The notes beneath the pieces are model-generated. The model worked only from the letters and a program-made list of their open reading frames with translations, was not told where the DNA came from and ran no database searches. A stretch of 64,000 nucleotides of DNA from Bacilli bacterium (GTDB lineage Bacteria; Bacillota_I; Bacilli_A; RFN20; CAG-826): the NCBI GenBank assembly GCA_017468925.1, contig JAFUHI010000004.1, positions 70,161 through 134,160 on the forward strand. The letters are read 5' to 3'. The position numbers and the translations under genes were made by a program. Positions 1 through 10,243 of this stretch are shown here, in pieces (positions within the stretch are counted from its first letter, which is position 1; each line of letters opens with the position of its first letter).

Positions 1-956
1 ATATCTGCTCTTTTGGCTTCACCTGGTCCATTGACTACACAACCCATAATGGCGACGACTTTATTGATGTGATTAATTTCAAGATACTCCGATACTCTTT
101 TGGATAAGGGCAATAAATCAACCTGCGTCCTGCCGCATGTTGGGCATGAGATAAAGGTTGGGTATTCCTCCATTAATCCTAAATCGTGCAAAAGGCGGCA
201 AGTGGCCTTTATTTCTTCTTCAGGTTCATCGCTTAATGAAATCCTGATGGTGTCGCCTATTCCTTCTAATAGAAGCGGCGATAGACCTGCAGCCGAACGA
301 ATCAATCCAAAATCTTTCGGCCCAGCCTCGGTTATTCCCAAATGCAATGGATAGGGGAATATCTTGGATGCGAGGCGATATGATTCAATCGTCTCAATGG
401 CAGAGGATCCTTTAAGAGATATCACGATATCGTTAAAACCAAGTGATTCCAGAATCGAGACGTGCTTTTTTGCACTTTCAACCAAATACTTTGCTTTGAC
501 TATTTCATTCCCATCGTAAATGTTTTTGTCTAGCGAACCGGAGTTGACGCCGATTCTTATAGGGATGTTCTTTTCTTTGGCTTTTGATACGACTTCTTTG
601 ATTCTATCGATGTTGCCGATGTTTCCGGGATTAATCCTTATGGCATCCGCCCCAGAATCAATGGATTCCAATGCGAGTCTATGATCGATGTGAATATCCG
701 CTATAAGCGGTATGCTTATTAGTTTTTTGATTTCCTTTATGGCTTTTGCGTCTTCAAAATCCAAAACAGACACTCTCATTGCTTCGGCACCAAGAGCGGC
801 GCATCTATTGATTTGCTCCGATACTTCCTTAACGTTTGACGTCTTTATGTTACACATGCTTTGGATCAAAACATGGTTTGAGCCGCCTATTTTTTTGTCT
901 CCGATGGTGATTATTTTTGTTTTTTCTCTAGCCAACATAGATAAATCGTAAGACAT
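1..956 (-). CDS. ispG: 4-hydroxy-3-methylbut-2-enyl diphosphate synthase IspG/GcpE (3' end runs off the window)
   Basis: Not in the ORF track because its stop lies beyond position 1. My minus-strand translation from ATG 956-954 gives MSYDLSMLAREKTKIITIGDKKIGGSNHVLIQSMCN... In frame are ...NIPIRIGVNS... (c.540-600) and ...AIMGCVVNGPGEAKRAD (1-53), the GcpE Fe-S loop signature. Confidence 0.85.
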   Translation of the reverse strand, partial: MSYDLSMLAREKTKIITIGDKKIGGSNHVLIQSMCNIKTSNVKEVSEQINRCAALGAEAMRVSVLDFEDAKAIKEIKKLISIPLIADIHIDHRLALESIDSGADAIRINPGNIGNIDRIKEVVSKAKEKNIPIRIGVNSGSLDKNIYDGNEIVKAKYLVESAKKHVSILESLGFNDIVISLKGSSAIETIESYRLASKIFPYPLHLGITEAGPKDFGLIRSAAGLSPLLLEGIGDTIRISLSDEPEEEIKATCRLLHDLGLMEEYPTFISCPTCGRTQVDLLPLSKRVSEYLEINHINKVVAIMGCVVNGPGEAKRAD

Positions 957-1028
957 TTTAACTAATTTTTGTAGATAAACAATTTAGTTTATGTTAGAGT
1001 TTATCCCGCAAGAAGGAAGTGATTATTT

Positions 1029-1187
1029 ATGGCAAGCAAACGCGATCAAGCAATTCTAAAATGCACCGAGTGCGGTGAACATAACTATTACACAACGAGA
1101 AACAAGAAGACTCACCCAAACAAAATGGAGATCAAGAAATTCTGCTCTCGCTGCGGAAAAATGACCGTTCACAAAGAAGGAAAATAA
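1029..1187 (+). CDS. rpmG: 50S ribosomal protein L33
   Basis: 52-aa ORF below the track cutoff. My translation is [52 protein letters not shown], with the CxxC...CxxC zinc-ribbon typical of L33. A GGAAG-type SD lies upstream. Confidence 0.9.
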   Translation: MASKRDQAILKCTECGEHNYYTTRNKKTHPNKMEIKKFCSRCGKMTVHKEGK

Positions 1188-1214
1188 GGTTGCGGCCTTA
1201 TTTTTTTTATCACG

Positions 1215-1856
1215 ATGGAGATTAAAAAGCTCTTATATTCACAAAGAGATGTTTGGTGCAACACCTATGTCTTGGGCGAAGAGGGTGGACCATGCATCAT
1301 AATCGATCCGGGCTTCAATGAAAACGGTTTTATTAGTAGATATGTAGATAAACATCATTCAAGAATCGAAGCTATCTTTTTGACGCATGGGCATTATGAC
1401 CACATCGCCGGTTTATCATCTTTGTCTTTCTCTTGCCCAGTCTATATGCATCAAAATGATTACGAATTTCTCATGAATCCTAGGAAAAACTGCTCAAATT
1501 TGCTTGTAGGAGAGCAAAAAATGATATCGGTGCCGAATGTCATATTCGTTAACGAACAAGATGAAATGGAAATATTGAAATATAAAATAAAGATAATCGA
1601 GACTCCATTTCACACTGATGGATCAATATGCCTATACCTAGAAAACCAAAACGCTTTATTCAGCGGAGATACTTTATTTCATTTAGGCATAGGCAGGACT
1701 GATTTGCCCGGGGGCCATGAACAATATATCTTAGACTCTTTGAAGAAATTGGCCGCTTTGCCTCACACGACTAAAGTCTATCCTGGTCATGGTGAGATGA
1801 CGAATATTGATAACGAAATGAGATATAATCCTTATATGCGTTATTTTGGTGTCTAG
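1215..1856 (+). CDS. MBL-fold metallo-hydrolase (glyoxalase II-like)
   Basis: 213 aa with the THGHYDH metal-binding motif, later GD and PGHG motifs of the metallo-beta-lactamase fold. Confidence 0.75.
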   Translation: MEIKKLLYSQRDVWCNTYVLGEEGGPCIIIDPGFNENGFISRYVDKHHSRIEAIFLTHGHYDHIAGLSSLSFSCPVYMHQNDYEFLMNPRKNCSNLLVGEQKMISVPNVIFVNEQDEMEILKYKIKIIETPFHTDGSICLYLENQNALFSGDTLFHLGIGRTDLPGGHEQYILDSLKKLAALPHTTKVYPGHGEMTNIDNEMRYNPYMRYFGV

Positions 1857-1911
1857 AATCTATTGTTTTTATGTTATAAAATATCGCAGTATCTAACAAA
1901 GGAGTAAAAAC

Positions 1912-2469
1912 ATGAATGTAACAGAAATCAGACCAGGCAATTACTTCATCGATGAAAATGTTCTTTATCGCTGCATCGATATATTGCTAAACAAGACCGC
2001 TATGAGAAAAATGGTGGCAAAACTTAAAGTTTTGAATGTCAGAACCGGGGCCATCACTGAAATCTCAAGGAACTCTGGGTATGATGTCACCCCAGCAAGC
2101 CTTGACAAGAGAAACATGCAATACAGCTATGAGATGGATCCAGTCATCGTCTTTATGGATCCGAAGACCTATGACCAAGTCGAAATCGCCAAATCCCAGC
2201 TCACAAACGAACTTCCATATCTAGTTCCGGAATTAGAAGTTATGGTTATCAGCTTCGAAGGAGAGGTCCTTGGAATTCAACTTCCAGCAAAAGTCGCTTT
2301 GACCGTCACCGAATGCGAACCAGGAGTCCGTGGTGATACAATCACCAACAGCGGTTCAAAGGAAGCCACATTAGAGACCGGTCTTAAATTGAGAATCCCT
2401 CTTTTCATCAATCAAGGCGATAAAATCACCGTTGATACCACAACTGGCAAATACGACGGAAGGGCCTAA
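1912..2469 (+). CDS. efp: translation elongation factor P
   Basis: 185 aa. Length and sequence (..KLKVLNVRTGAITE.., ..ECEPGVRGDT.., ..LETGLKLRIPLFINQGDKI..) are typical of EF-P. AGGAG SD lies upstream. Confidence 0.92.
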   Translation: MNVTEIRPGNYFIDENVLYRCIDILLNKTAMRKMVAKLKVLNVRTGAITEISRNSGYDVTPASLDKRNMQYSYEMDPVIVFMDPKTYDQVEIAKSQLTNELPYLVPELEVMVISFEGEVLGIQLPAKVALTVTECEPGVRGDTITNSGSKEATLETGLKLRIPLFINQGDKITVDTTTGKYDGRA

Positions 2470-2693
2470 TGATGGAAATCCAAGTCTGGCAATTAGTCCT
2501 ATATATTATTCTAGGAATCATTGGTGGAGCCATTGCTGGATTCTTCGGCGCAAGAGCATTCTTCAAATATCAGTTGAAGAAGAATCCCCCAATCAATGAA
2601 AAAATGATTAGAGCGATGTTCATGTCAATGGGGCGCAAACCAAGCGAAGCTCAGGTTCGCGCAGTCATGAACTCAATGTCAAAGAACCAATAA
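2469..2693 (+). CDS. UPF0154/YneF-like small membrane protein
   Basis: 74 aa with one N-terminal TM helix (LVLYIILGIIGGAIAGFFGA), then ..NPPINEKMIRAMFMSMGRKPSEAQV.., which resembles the YneF family. ATGA-type coupling to efp. Confidence 0.7.
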   Translation: MMEIQVWQLVLYIILGIIGGAIAGFFGARAFFKYQLKKNPPINEKMIRAMFMSMGRKPSEAQVRAVMNSMSKNQ

Positions 2694-2718
2694 TAAAGCC
2701 CACTCATCTATTCAAATA

Positions 2719-2757
2719 ACACCTCTACAAAATACAAGGAAGTAGGGGTGTTTTTTG
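2719..2757 (+). terminator. Rho-independent terminator after yneF
   Basis: ACACCTCTAC (2719-2728) pairs with GTAGGGGTGT (2742-2751) with one G-U pair. A TTTTTTG run follows. Confidence 0.75.
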
Positions 2758-2785
2758 TTGCATTATTTTCAATATTAATTCTTCA

Positions 2786-2798
2786 AAAACTACTAATT
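2786..2798 (+). repeat. 13-mer AAAACTACTAATT, copy 1
   Basis: Exact 13-mer read directly. Intergenic, between the yneF terminator and the plsY 3' end. Confidence 0.95.
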
Positions 2799-2898
2799 AA
2801 TACTTTTTTCGTTCAAAATTATGTCAACAAAAATATTAGATGATATCTTGACTAATTATCGATGTGGAAAACTTTTTTAAGAAATTGACAACAAAAGC

Positions 2899-2911
2899 AA
2901 AACTACTAATT
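2899..2911 (+). repeat. 13-mer AAAACTACTAATT, copy 2
   Basis: Exact 13-mer, 6 nt beyond the plsY stop codon (2917-2919, minus strand). Confidence 0.95.
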
Positions 2912-2916
2912 TTCTA

Positions 2917-3651
2917 CTACTTAATCAATGGTTTTTCGGTGCCGTTTTTTAGTCTCTTTATATTGGCGGCGTGTCTGATAATCAAGATGACCATGATGAT
3001 TGTGCAGATGGTAGCAGCCTCCCAACCGAAATAATGGAAGGATGGCATCATGCCCATTCCGAACGTCCAAGTAAGAATTTCAACACCTTGCCATTTGGTA
3101 ATCATAAAAATGATGGCTAGGATCCATTGGATGATAGTCAAGAGGATAGAAGAAATGATTGAGGTGATGGACATTATTTTTTTGCGGAAGAAGATTGTGG
3201 GGAATTCTATCGCGCCAAAAATGAATATGAGCCAGCTGACAGATGCGTTCATTCCCATAAAGCAGGCGACAGACTTCCCACCTTTGAATTGGTTATAGAT
3301 GGGCCAGCAGTGGCCGATGGCTGCGCCTAAAGGCGCCAAATAGACATAAAATGAGCCACCATCCCATATTTCAAAATAGTTTTGGATTCCACTGAAACGC
3401 AAAACAAGCCAGCAACACCAAAACACGACGATGACTTTCATCATATCCAAGAAAACCACCAATGCGCCGATTTTCGCTCCGAATACCCTTCCTGAATTGG
3501 TGCCTCCTGAATTGTGGCTGCCATAATCTCTTGGGTCTTTGTGGAAGAATAATTTACCAATTATTATGCCGTGCTGAACCGATCCGATTAGATAACCGAA
3601 TACAAAGCACGCTAACGCCGCAAGAATGTTGTATACCGTTTCTATAGTCAT
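2917..3651 (-). CDS. plsY: glycerol-3-phosphate acyltransferase PlsY
   Basis: 244-aa polytopic membrane protein with the GSHNSGGTNSGR motif. Shows the plsY-parE-parC neighbourhood known from Firmicutes. Confidence 0.88.
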   Translation of the reverse strand: MTIETVYNILAALACFVFGYLIGSVQHGIIIGKLFFHKDPRDYGSHNSGGTNSGRVFGAKIGALVVFLDMMKVIVVFWCCWLVLRFSGIQNYFEIWDGGSFYVYLAPLGAAIGHCWPIYNQFKGGKSVACFMGMNASVSWLIFIFGAIEFPTIFFRKKIMSITSIISSILLTIIQWILAIIFMITKWQGVEILTWTFGMGMMPSFHYFGWEAATICTIIMVILIIRHAANIKRLKNGTEKPLIK

Positions 3652-3748
3652 TTTTGTTTAATTCCTCGTCTATTATAAATAATAGTTGTTTAATTTATAT
3701 AATTTTTTTGATATAATGCAACTGTCATATTAAGGATTATAAACGATA

Positions 3749-5686
3749 ATGGCTGACGAAAACAAATATACCGCGAGAGATATTGAAGTTTTATCTGAGC
3801 TTGAAGGCGTTAGAAAACGCCCTGGCATGTATATTGGCAACACCCATAAAGAAGGTTTGCATCATTTGGTATGGGAAATTGTCGACAATGCAGTTGACGA
3901 GGCTGTCAACGGCTTTGGAAAAGAGATTTACGTCACGATTAAGAAAGACGGCTCCATAGAAGTTGTAGATGAAGGAAGAGGTATTCCAGTCGATCTTCAT
4001 GAGAAAATGAAGATTCCAGCCGTTCAGCTTATTTTCACTACCCTTCATTCAGGCGGCAAATTCAATAGCAAAGTCTATTCAACTAGCGCTGGTCTTCATG
4101 GTGTTGGCGCTACCGTCACTAACGCTTTGAGCGAATTTTTGGATGTCACGATCCACAAAGAAGGGAATATCTATCATATACGATTCGCAAACGGCGGGCA
4201 GCTTGAGACGCCTCTAGAGGTTTTAGGCCCAACCAGGAAACATGGCACAACCATAACATTCAAACCTGATAAGAAAATATTCTCAACGGTCGAATTTGAC
4301 TATCAGAAGATCTGCGATCATTTGCAGGAAGAAGCATTCTTATTAAAGAATGTGCATTTCTTTGTCATTGACCAAAGAAGTGGATTCAAGAGCGATTTCC
4401 TTTACGAAAATGGCTTGCATGAATACGTTGAAGTATTAAACAAAAACAAAGAACCTTTAGGCGATATCGCTTATTTTGAGGACAATTCCCAAAGCATTAA
4501 AGTCGAAATAGCGATGCAATGGTGCAAAAAAGAATACAACGATAATGTCCTTAGCTATGCCAACTCAATTAGGACCCACGATGGCGGCACCCACGATGTC
4601 GGATTTAAAACCGGTTTGACCAAAGCGGTCAATGAATGGGCCAAAGAAAATGAACTAATTAAACAGAACCAGTCGATTGATGGCACTGATATCAGAGAAG
4701 GTCTAACCGCAATAGTTTCAGTCAAAGCGCCTGAAGACAAAGCCTTATATGAAAGCCAAACCAAAGCAAAGCTTACCTCGCCAGAAATCCAGATGGTCGT
4801 TCAAAATTTCATGGTGACGCAATTCACTTATTACCTTAATGAGCATAAGGAATTCGCTTTGGAGCTCGTCAGGAAATGCGAAGCCAGCAAGCAAGCTAGA
4901 GAAGCCGCAAGAAAAGCTAGAGAAGCCGCTAGAGGCAATAAAAAAGCCAAGCAGAATGATTTCCAGTTGAGCGACAAACTTGCTCCAGCCCAGAGCAAAG
5001 ACTACATGAAAAATGAATTATTCATCGTTGAGGGTGATTCAGCAGGTGGCAGCGCAAAAACGGGGCGTGATAGGATTCATCAAGCCATCTTACCTTTAAG
5101 AGGCAAACCTTTGAATTCCGATAGCGTTTCTATGGAACGTATCATTGAGAACCTTGAACTTTCCACCCTTATTCAGACAATCGGTGCGGGAGTTGGCCAA
5201 GATTTTGACGCTGACGAAAGCCATTATGGGAAAATCATCATCATGACAGATGCCGATACCGATGGAGCCCACATCCAGACCTTGCTTTTGACATTCTTCT
5301 ACAATTACATGAAGCCTCTAATCGATAGAGGGATGATTTATATCGCTCAGCCGCCTTTATATCGCGTATATAAGAAGAGCGATCCAGCCAAACACCATAT
5401 CTATTGCTGGAATGATGAAGAATTGCAGGCTGCAAAAGTTAAAATCGGCCCTGGATATGGAATCAATCGTTACAAAGGCTTGGGCGAAATGAACGCCGAT
5501 CAGCTTGCCGATACCACGATGAATAAAGGGACTAGGCAATTGCTCCAAGTCCATATAAACGATCCTTTGGTCGTTGAAAAAAGAATAACCGTCCTTATGG
5601 GTAAGGATTCCAAGCAAAGATGGAATTGGATTAAAGAAAACGTTCGTTTCGACACAGTCGACGAATTCATGAACGAGGTCAAATGA
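3749..5686 (+). CDS. parE: DNA topoisomerase IV subunit B
   Basis: 645-aa type IIA topoisomerase B subunit (VRKRPGMYIG, EGDSAGGS, PLRGK, DADTDGAH motifs). ParE rather than GyrB is an inference from adjacency to plsY and to a ParC-like partner. Confidence 0.82.
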   Translation: MADENKYTARDIEVLSELEGVRKRPGMYIGNTHKEGLHHLVWEIVDNAVDEAVNGFGKEIYVTIKKDGSIEVVDEGRGIPVDLHEKMKIPAVQLIFTTLHSGGKFNSKVYSTSAGLHGVGATVTNALSEFLDVTIHKEGNIYHIRFANGGQLETPLEVLGPTRKHGTTITFKPDKKIFSTVEFDYQKICDHLQEEAFLLKNVHFFVIDQRSGFKSDFLYENGLHEYVEVLNKNKEPLGDIAYFEDNSQSIKVEIAMQWCKKEYNDNVLSYANSIRTHDGGTHDVGFKTGLTKAVNEWAKENELIKQNQSIDGTDIREGLTAIVSVKAPEDKALYESQTKAKLTSPEIQMVVQNFMVTQFTYYLNEHKEFALELVRKCEASKQAREAARKAREAARGNKKAKQNDFQLSDKLAPAQSKDYMKNELFIVEGDSAGGSAKTGRDRIHQAILPLRGKPLNSDSVSMERIIENLELSTLIQTIGAGVGQDFDADESHYGKIIIMTDADTDGAHIQTLLLTFFYNYMKPLIDRGMIYIAQPPLYRVYKKSDPAKHHIYCWNDEELQAAKVKIGPGYGINRYKGLGEMNADQLADTTMNKGTRQLLQVHINDPLVVEKRITVLMGKDSKQRWNWIKENVRFDTVDEFMNEVK

Positions 5687-8301
5687 CGATGGCTAAGAAG
5701 AAGAAACAGGAAGAAAAAGAGATAATCGAGAAGATTTTCGGCCAGTCATTAGACGAATTGATGGGCGATTGCTATGCGATATACGCCAAAGAAGTAATTC
5801 AAGACCGCGCCATACCAGATGCTAGAGACGGCATGAAGCCGGTTCAGCGCCGCATTATTTTCGATATGTGGAAGACTGGCAACACAATAGATAAGCCAAC
5901 AAAGAAATGCGCCCATATTGTAGGAGATGTCATGGGTAAATATCACCCTCATGGCGACTCTTCAATCTATGAGGCCTTGGTCCATATGGCTCAGCCATGG
6001 GCATTAAGAATCCCTCTTATCGATTTCCAAGGGAACAAAGGCTCAATCGATGGAGATGGCCCAGCCGCCTTCCGTTATACCGAAGCTAGACTTGCCGCCA
6101 TTGCCAATGAGATGGTAAAAGGCATCGACGAAGATACGGTTGATTTCGAATTAACATTCGATGATGATTCCAAAGAGCCAACCGTCCTCCCAGCTAGAAT
6201 TCCTAATCTTTTATTGAATGGAAGCGAAGGTATCGCCGTAGGCATTGCCACATCAATCCCTCCTCATAATTTAAAAGAATTGATTTTGGCTATAATCCAT
6301 AGAATCAAACATCCAAATTGCACAGTCGAAGATTTGATGCAATTCGTAAAAGGACCAGATTTCCCTACAGGCGGCATCATATACGCCAACGAGGGATTGG
6401 AATCGATTTATAAAACCGGTAATGGCAGGGTCAACGTTGCCTCAAAAACCGAAATAACAACAAACGAAGACGGCGTTAAGCAAATAATCGTCACCGAGAT
6501 CCCATATCGTGTGAATAAATCGGTCTTGGTCAAGGCAATCGATAAAATCCGCCACGACAAATCAATCCCAGGAATCGACGAAGTGAGGGATGAGACCGAT
6601 AGGGAAGGAATAAGAATCGCCATCGATTTGAAAGATGAAGCCAAGCCTGAGGTGATTTTGAATTATTTGATGCAGAAGACGCCTCTTATGTCCGGATATA
6701 GCGCCAATATGGTCGCCATAGTCGATGGAAGGCCAAAGACGCTTGATTTGGTTTCCTATTGCGATTGCTATATCGCCCACCAAATGGATGTCATCACTAG
6801 AAGAAGCCGCTTTAGATTGAGCAAATGCGAGGCGCGTCTAGAAATTGTGGATGGGCTTATAAAATCAATTTCCATCCTCGATGAGATAATCAAGGTGATA
6901 AGGGCAAGCGAAAACAAGGCCGATGCCAAAATAAACCTCCAAAGGAGATTTGGTTTCACCGAGAATCAAAGCGAAGCCATCGCCATGATGCCTTTATATA
7001 AATTAAGCCACACCGATGTGAATACATTACTAGAAGAAAAGAAAACGCTTGAGGATGAGCGCAATTATTTGCTTGGTTTGCTCAACGATCAATCTGGCAT
7101 CAAGGGCGTAATCGTCGATGATCTGAAGGAAATCTCCAAAAAATACGGCGATGAAAGAAGGACCGAGATAAGAACCGATACGATTGATTTCTCAATCGAC
7201 AAGCGCGACCTCATCGCCAGCGAAGATGTCTATTTAGCGATCACTAGAGACGGATACGCCAAACGCTCATCGCTTAAATCTTGGAAGGGCAGCAAAGGCC
7301 ATGCTGGGGCAAAGCCAGGAATCAAATCAACCGACTCCATTATTTATAATGGCCAAGCCAATACGACCGACTTCTTGCTCGTCTTCACAAGCAAAGGCAA
7401 CTATTTGTATATCCCTGTGAATGAAATCAAAGAGAACAAATGGAACGAAGAAGGATATCATTTATCAAGCTTGGTCAAACTCTCTCCTGAGGAGAAAGTC
7501 GTCAAGGTTATTGTGGTTAGCAAATTCAGAAACGATTTGAATATCGTTCTTCTTTCAGAAAGAGGATTCATCAAGAGAATCGTTCTATCGCAATTCCCAG
7601 TTGCTAGAAGGAAGAAACCGATCGCAGCCATAAGGATGAGCGGAGGAGATTCTTTAGTCGATGCGACATACACAAGCGGCAATAGCAATCTCTTTGTCAT
7701 CAACGAAGATGGCCTAGCCTCGTTCTACAATGAAAATGATGTAAATATCACCAACCCCGGCTCTGGCGGATTAAAAGCCGGCAGCTTCAAAGGCAAAAAG
7801 ATGGTCGGTGTCCTTGCTTTCAATCCAGACGAAAGAGACAAGGTGCTTATGATAACCGATAGATGCCACACTAGAGTATTTGACATCAATAAGATGAATG
7901 TCGGTGGGCGTCTAACCCAAGGAACATTGCTTTTCAGCCAATTCAAGAGCGAGCCGCATAAACTTATTTTCGTCGCCAAAGTCGGGAATAAGGAAGCGCC
8001 TTTCACGTATGATGCCGTCATGGAGAATGGAGAAAGACACGATGTCACTTTCGAAGATTTCTTCCTGACTCCTATGGAAAAATACGCCAAACGTGATTCA
8101 GAATTCCCCGCCAAAGCTAGACTTGCTTTCATCTCCAGAGAAGATAGCGATAAAATCGATGACAAAATAAAGGCCTTCGAGCCTCCTGTTAGAGAAGAGC
8201 CTGTCGTTATGCAGCCTTTAAGAGAGGACAAAGAAGAAGAGCCAGCCCCAACCTCGTTCGAGCAAATATCATTATTCGATGATTTGGATGAAGAGGAATG
8301 A
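5683..8301 (+). CDS. parC: DNA topoisomerase IV subunit A
   Basis: 872 aa with [20 protein letters not shown] and the catalytic [10 protein letters not shown] region. There is no canonical GyrA box in the C-terminal domain (SWKGSKG instead of QRRGGKG), which favours ParC. ATGA overlap with parE. Confidence 0.82.
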   Translation: MTMAKKKKQEEKEIIEKIFGQSLDELMGDCYAIYAKEVIQDRAIPDARDGMKPVQRRIIFDMWKTGNTIDKPTKKCAHIVGDVMGKYHPHGDSSIYEALVHMAQPWALRIPLIDFQGNKGSIDGDGPAAFRYTEARLAAIANEMVKGIDEDTVDFELTFDDDSKEPTVLPARIPNLLLNGSEGIAVGIATSIPPHNLKELILAIIHRIKHPNCTVEDLMQFVKGPDFPTGGIIYANEGLESIYKTGNGRVNVASKTEITTNEDGVKQIIVTEIPYRVNKSVLVKAIDKIRHDKSIPGIDEVRDETDREGIRIAIDLKDEAKPEVILNYLMQKTPLMSGYSANMVAIVDGRPKTLDLVSYCDCYIAHQMDVITRRSRFRLSKCEARLEIVDGLIKSISILDEIIKVIRASENKADAKINLQRRFGFTENQSEAIAMMPLYKLSHTDVNTLLEEKKTLEDERNYLLGLLNDQSGIKGVIVDDLKEISKKYGDERRTEIRTDTIDFSIDKRDLIASEDVYLAITRDGYAKRSSLKSWKGSKGHAGAKPGIKSTDSIIYNGQANTTDFLLVFTSKGNYLYIPVNEIKENKWNEEGYHLSSLVKLSPEEKVVKVIVVSKFRNDLNIVLLSERGFIKRIVLSQFPVARRKKPIAAIRMSGGDSLVDATYTSGNSNLFVINEDGLASFYNENDVNITNPGSGGLKAGSFKGKKMVGVLAFNPDERDKVLMITDRCHTRVFDINKMNVGGRLTQGTLLFSQFKSEPHKLIFVAKVGNKEAPFTYDAVMENGERHDVTFEDFFLTPMEKYAKRDSEFPAKARLAFISREDSDKIDDKIKAFEPPVREEPVVMQPLREDKEEEPAPTSFEQISLFDDLDEEE

Positions 8302-8831
8302 GCGTGAATAAGAAAAAGATTCCTACTTTTATTGCCAAAGACATATACTCGATTCCTCTTTCCTTCTATTTTGAACATGGCTATAAAATAATCCTCACCG
8401 ATTTGGATAACACTTTGGCGAATTACAAAACCAAATTGCCCGATGAAAGGACAATCGCTTTGATAAATACGCTAAAAAAAGAAGGATTTGACGTTTATAT
8501 AGCCAGCAATAACACCAACAAGCGAGTCAGCGATTTCGCTAGTGCGTGTGGAGTGGAAAGCATCCACGGGATGAAGAAGCCTTTTTCACATGGATTGGTT
8601 CGCTTCATAAAAGAAAAAGGATTCAATCCAAAGGAAGTTATATATATAGGCGAACAAATCTACACCGATGTTTTGTGCGCCAATGGGGCGGGCGTCGATG
8701 TCGTTTTGACCGAGCCCATCACCAAAAAAGACGCGCCATGGACCAGAATCAATAGATTAAGAGAAAAAAAGGCAAGAAAGATCATATGGGAAAATAATCT
8801 TTCGGAAAGGATTGGCTATGAGCAAAATTAG
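8298..8831 (+). CDS. yqeG: YqeG-family HAD-IIIA phosphatase
   Basis: 177 aa with the LTDLDNTL HAD motif I. First gene of a yqeG-yqeH-yhbY-nadD-yqeK-rsfS arrangement like that of B. subtilis. Confidence 0.8.
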   Translation: MSVNKKKIPTFIAKDIYSIPLSFYFEHGYKIILTDLDNTLANYKTKLPDERTIALINTLKKEGFDVYIASNNTNKRVSDFASACGVESIHGMKKPFSHGLVRFIKEKGFNPKEVIYIGEQIYTDVLCANGAGVDVVLTEPITKKDAPWTRINRLREKKARKIIWENNLSERIGYEQN

Positions 8832-9945
8832 ACCAGTTAAAAAGTGCTATCGCTGCGGCAACATCCTTCAAGTCGATTCTCCTACTGAAAAAGGATATAT
8901 AACCAAAGAGATCCTTGAAGCTTCGCCTAGTGGGGCCCTCCTTTTGTGCGATGAATGCCATGAGGAGCAAAGCAAGGAAAACAAAGGCGAGCCCAATGTC
9001 CCAGAAGATTTGCTAAGGATGCTAAAAGGGGCGAAAGCAAGCGACGCTTTGATTGTCTATGTTATAGACCTTTTCTCCTTCGAATGCGCTTTTTCTTCGA
9101 AAATCAACGAATTGATCCAAAAACTTAATCTCATTGTCATTGCCAATAAAAGCGATCTTTTCCCAAAATCATCTTATCCTTCGCTCCGCTCCTTTGTTTC
9201 TCACCGTTTCAGAACAAAAGGCTTGATGATAAAGGACGATGATGTCTTTTTGACATCTCTTTCATCTTTAGGTGATGTATCGGAAATAAAAAGAGAAATC
9301 GAAGAAAGAAGAAATGGGCATGATGTCTATATCATCGGGGCGAGAACCTCAGGTCAGACCTTTTTCCTCAATGCCTTCCTTCGCGGATATTCGAATGTCT
9401 CCACTAGATATGTGACCACCAAAGAATACGAAGGCAAAGGCGAAAGATATATGCAGATACCTCTTGATATGTCTAGCACTTTATTCCAGACTCCGCCTAT
9501 ATCTTTATCCAATTCAATCCTTGGAATAATGGATTTGGAAAGTGCCTTGACCATCATGCCAAAAGACATAATCAAAACGAGAAAAACATCATTGAAGCCT
9601 GGGGAAGGATTGTTCTTCGGTCCATTAGCCTTCCTTTTCTATGAGAAAAGCAACAGCCATCATGTGGAATTGGAAATTCGTGCCTCAATGAAAATAGACA
9701 TCGTCAAAGCGAACGATTTAGGCAAAGAAAAGACATTCACCAAACTCCGCAACGCTTCATCGCTTGAGCTGAAGATTGGCGATTTGGAATATTACGACGC
9801 TTACGACATTGAGATCGAAGAAAGCGGCAAGAGGGATATAGGCGTCGCTGGATTGGGTTTTGTCTCATTCAAAGGCGACAACCAGAAATTTAGAATCTAT
9901 GTCCCACGCGGAGTTGCGATATATTGCTCAAGAAGTAAAATGTGA
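8818..9945 (+). CDS. yqeH: ribosome biogenesis GTPase YqeH
   Basis: N-terminal CxxC...CxxC zinc finger (CYRCGN..CDECHE) and a circularly permuted GTPase (NKSDL before GARTSGQT). The track start at 8812 is TTG; ATG 8818 follows a GGAAAGG SD. Confidence 0.8.
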   Translation: MSKIRPVKKCYRCGNILQVDSPTEKGYITKEILEASPSGALLLCDECHEEQSKENKGEPNVPEDLLRMLKGAKASDALIVYVIDLFSFECAFSSKINELIQKLNLIVIANKSDLFPKSSYPSLRSFVSHRFRTKGLMIKDDDVFLTSLSSLGDVSEIKREIEERRNGHDVYIIGARTSGQTFFLNAFLRGYSNVSTRYVTTKEYEGKGERYMQIPLDMSSTLFQTPPISLSNSILGIMDLESALTIMPKDIIKTRKTSLKPGEGLFFGPLAFLFYEKSNSHHVELEIRASMKIDIVKANDLGKEKTFTKLRNASSLELKIGDLEYYDAYDIEIEESGKRDIGVAGLGFVSFKGDNQKFRIYVPRGVAIYCSRSKM

Positions 9946-9955
9946 GGCGAGAAAT

Positions 9956-10243
9956 ATGCTTACACCAAAAGAAAGAAGTCATCTTAAATCATTAGCCAAT
10001 CATCTAGGACCGTCTTTGATAATCGGCAAAGGCGACATAACGGATAATATGATCGCCTCGATTAAACAAGCATTAGAGGCGCATGAGCTAATAAAGATCA
10101 AATTGTTGGTAAATGCCTTGCCCCCAAATGACGCTGCTGGAATCATAACCCACAAGACTGGGGCAGATTTGGTATCCATCATCGGAAGAGTCATTACGAT
10201 TTATAAGATGAACCCCAAGAAAAACATCATAAAACTCAAATGA
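9956..10243 (+). CDS. yhbY: YhbY/YqeI CRM-domain RNA-binding protein
   Basis: MLTPKERSHLKSLANHLGPSLIIGKGDITDNMI..IKIKLL.. is typical of YhbY. ATG 9956 is in frame with track ORF 9860 and follows a GAGG SD just after the yqeH stop. Confidence 0.8.
   Translation: MLTPKERSHLKSLANHLGPSLIIGKGDITDNMIASIKQALEAHELIKIKLLVNALPPNDAAGIITHKTGADLVSIIGRVITIYKMNPKKNIIKLK

Noticed and set aside
100-951. Track ORFs 100-354 and 712-951 on the + strand.
   Set aside because: Both lie inside the minus-strand ispG reading frame, which carries clear GcpE motifs.
2821-2880. 19-aa ORF (MSTKILDDILTNYRCGKLF) between copies of the 13-mer.
   Set aside because: It is too short, has no SD, and sits in an AT-rich spacer. 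It is more likely non-coding sequence belonging to the repeat-containing region.
4891-4935. Near-tandem 21-bp duplication (GCTAGAGAAGCCGC...) in parE.
   Set aside because: It encodes the conserved AREAARKAREAAR linker typical of type IIA topoisomerase B subunits, so it is not an independent repeat element.
7725-8378. 217-aa minus-strand ORF, serine- and leucine-rich.
   Set aside because: It is entirely antisense to the well-supported parC 3' region and has low-complexity composition. This is a typical shadow ORF.
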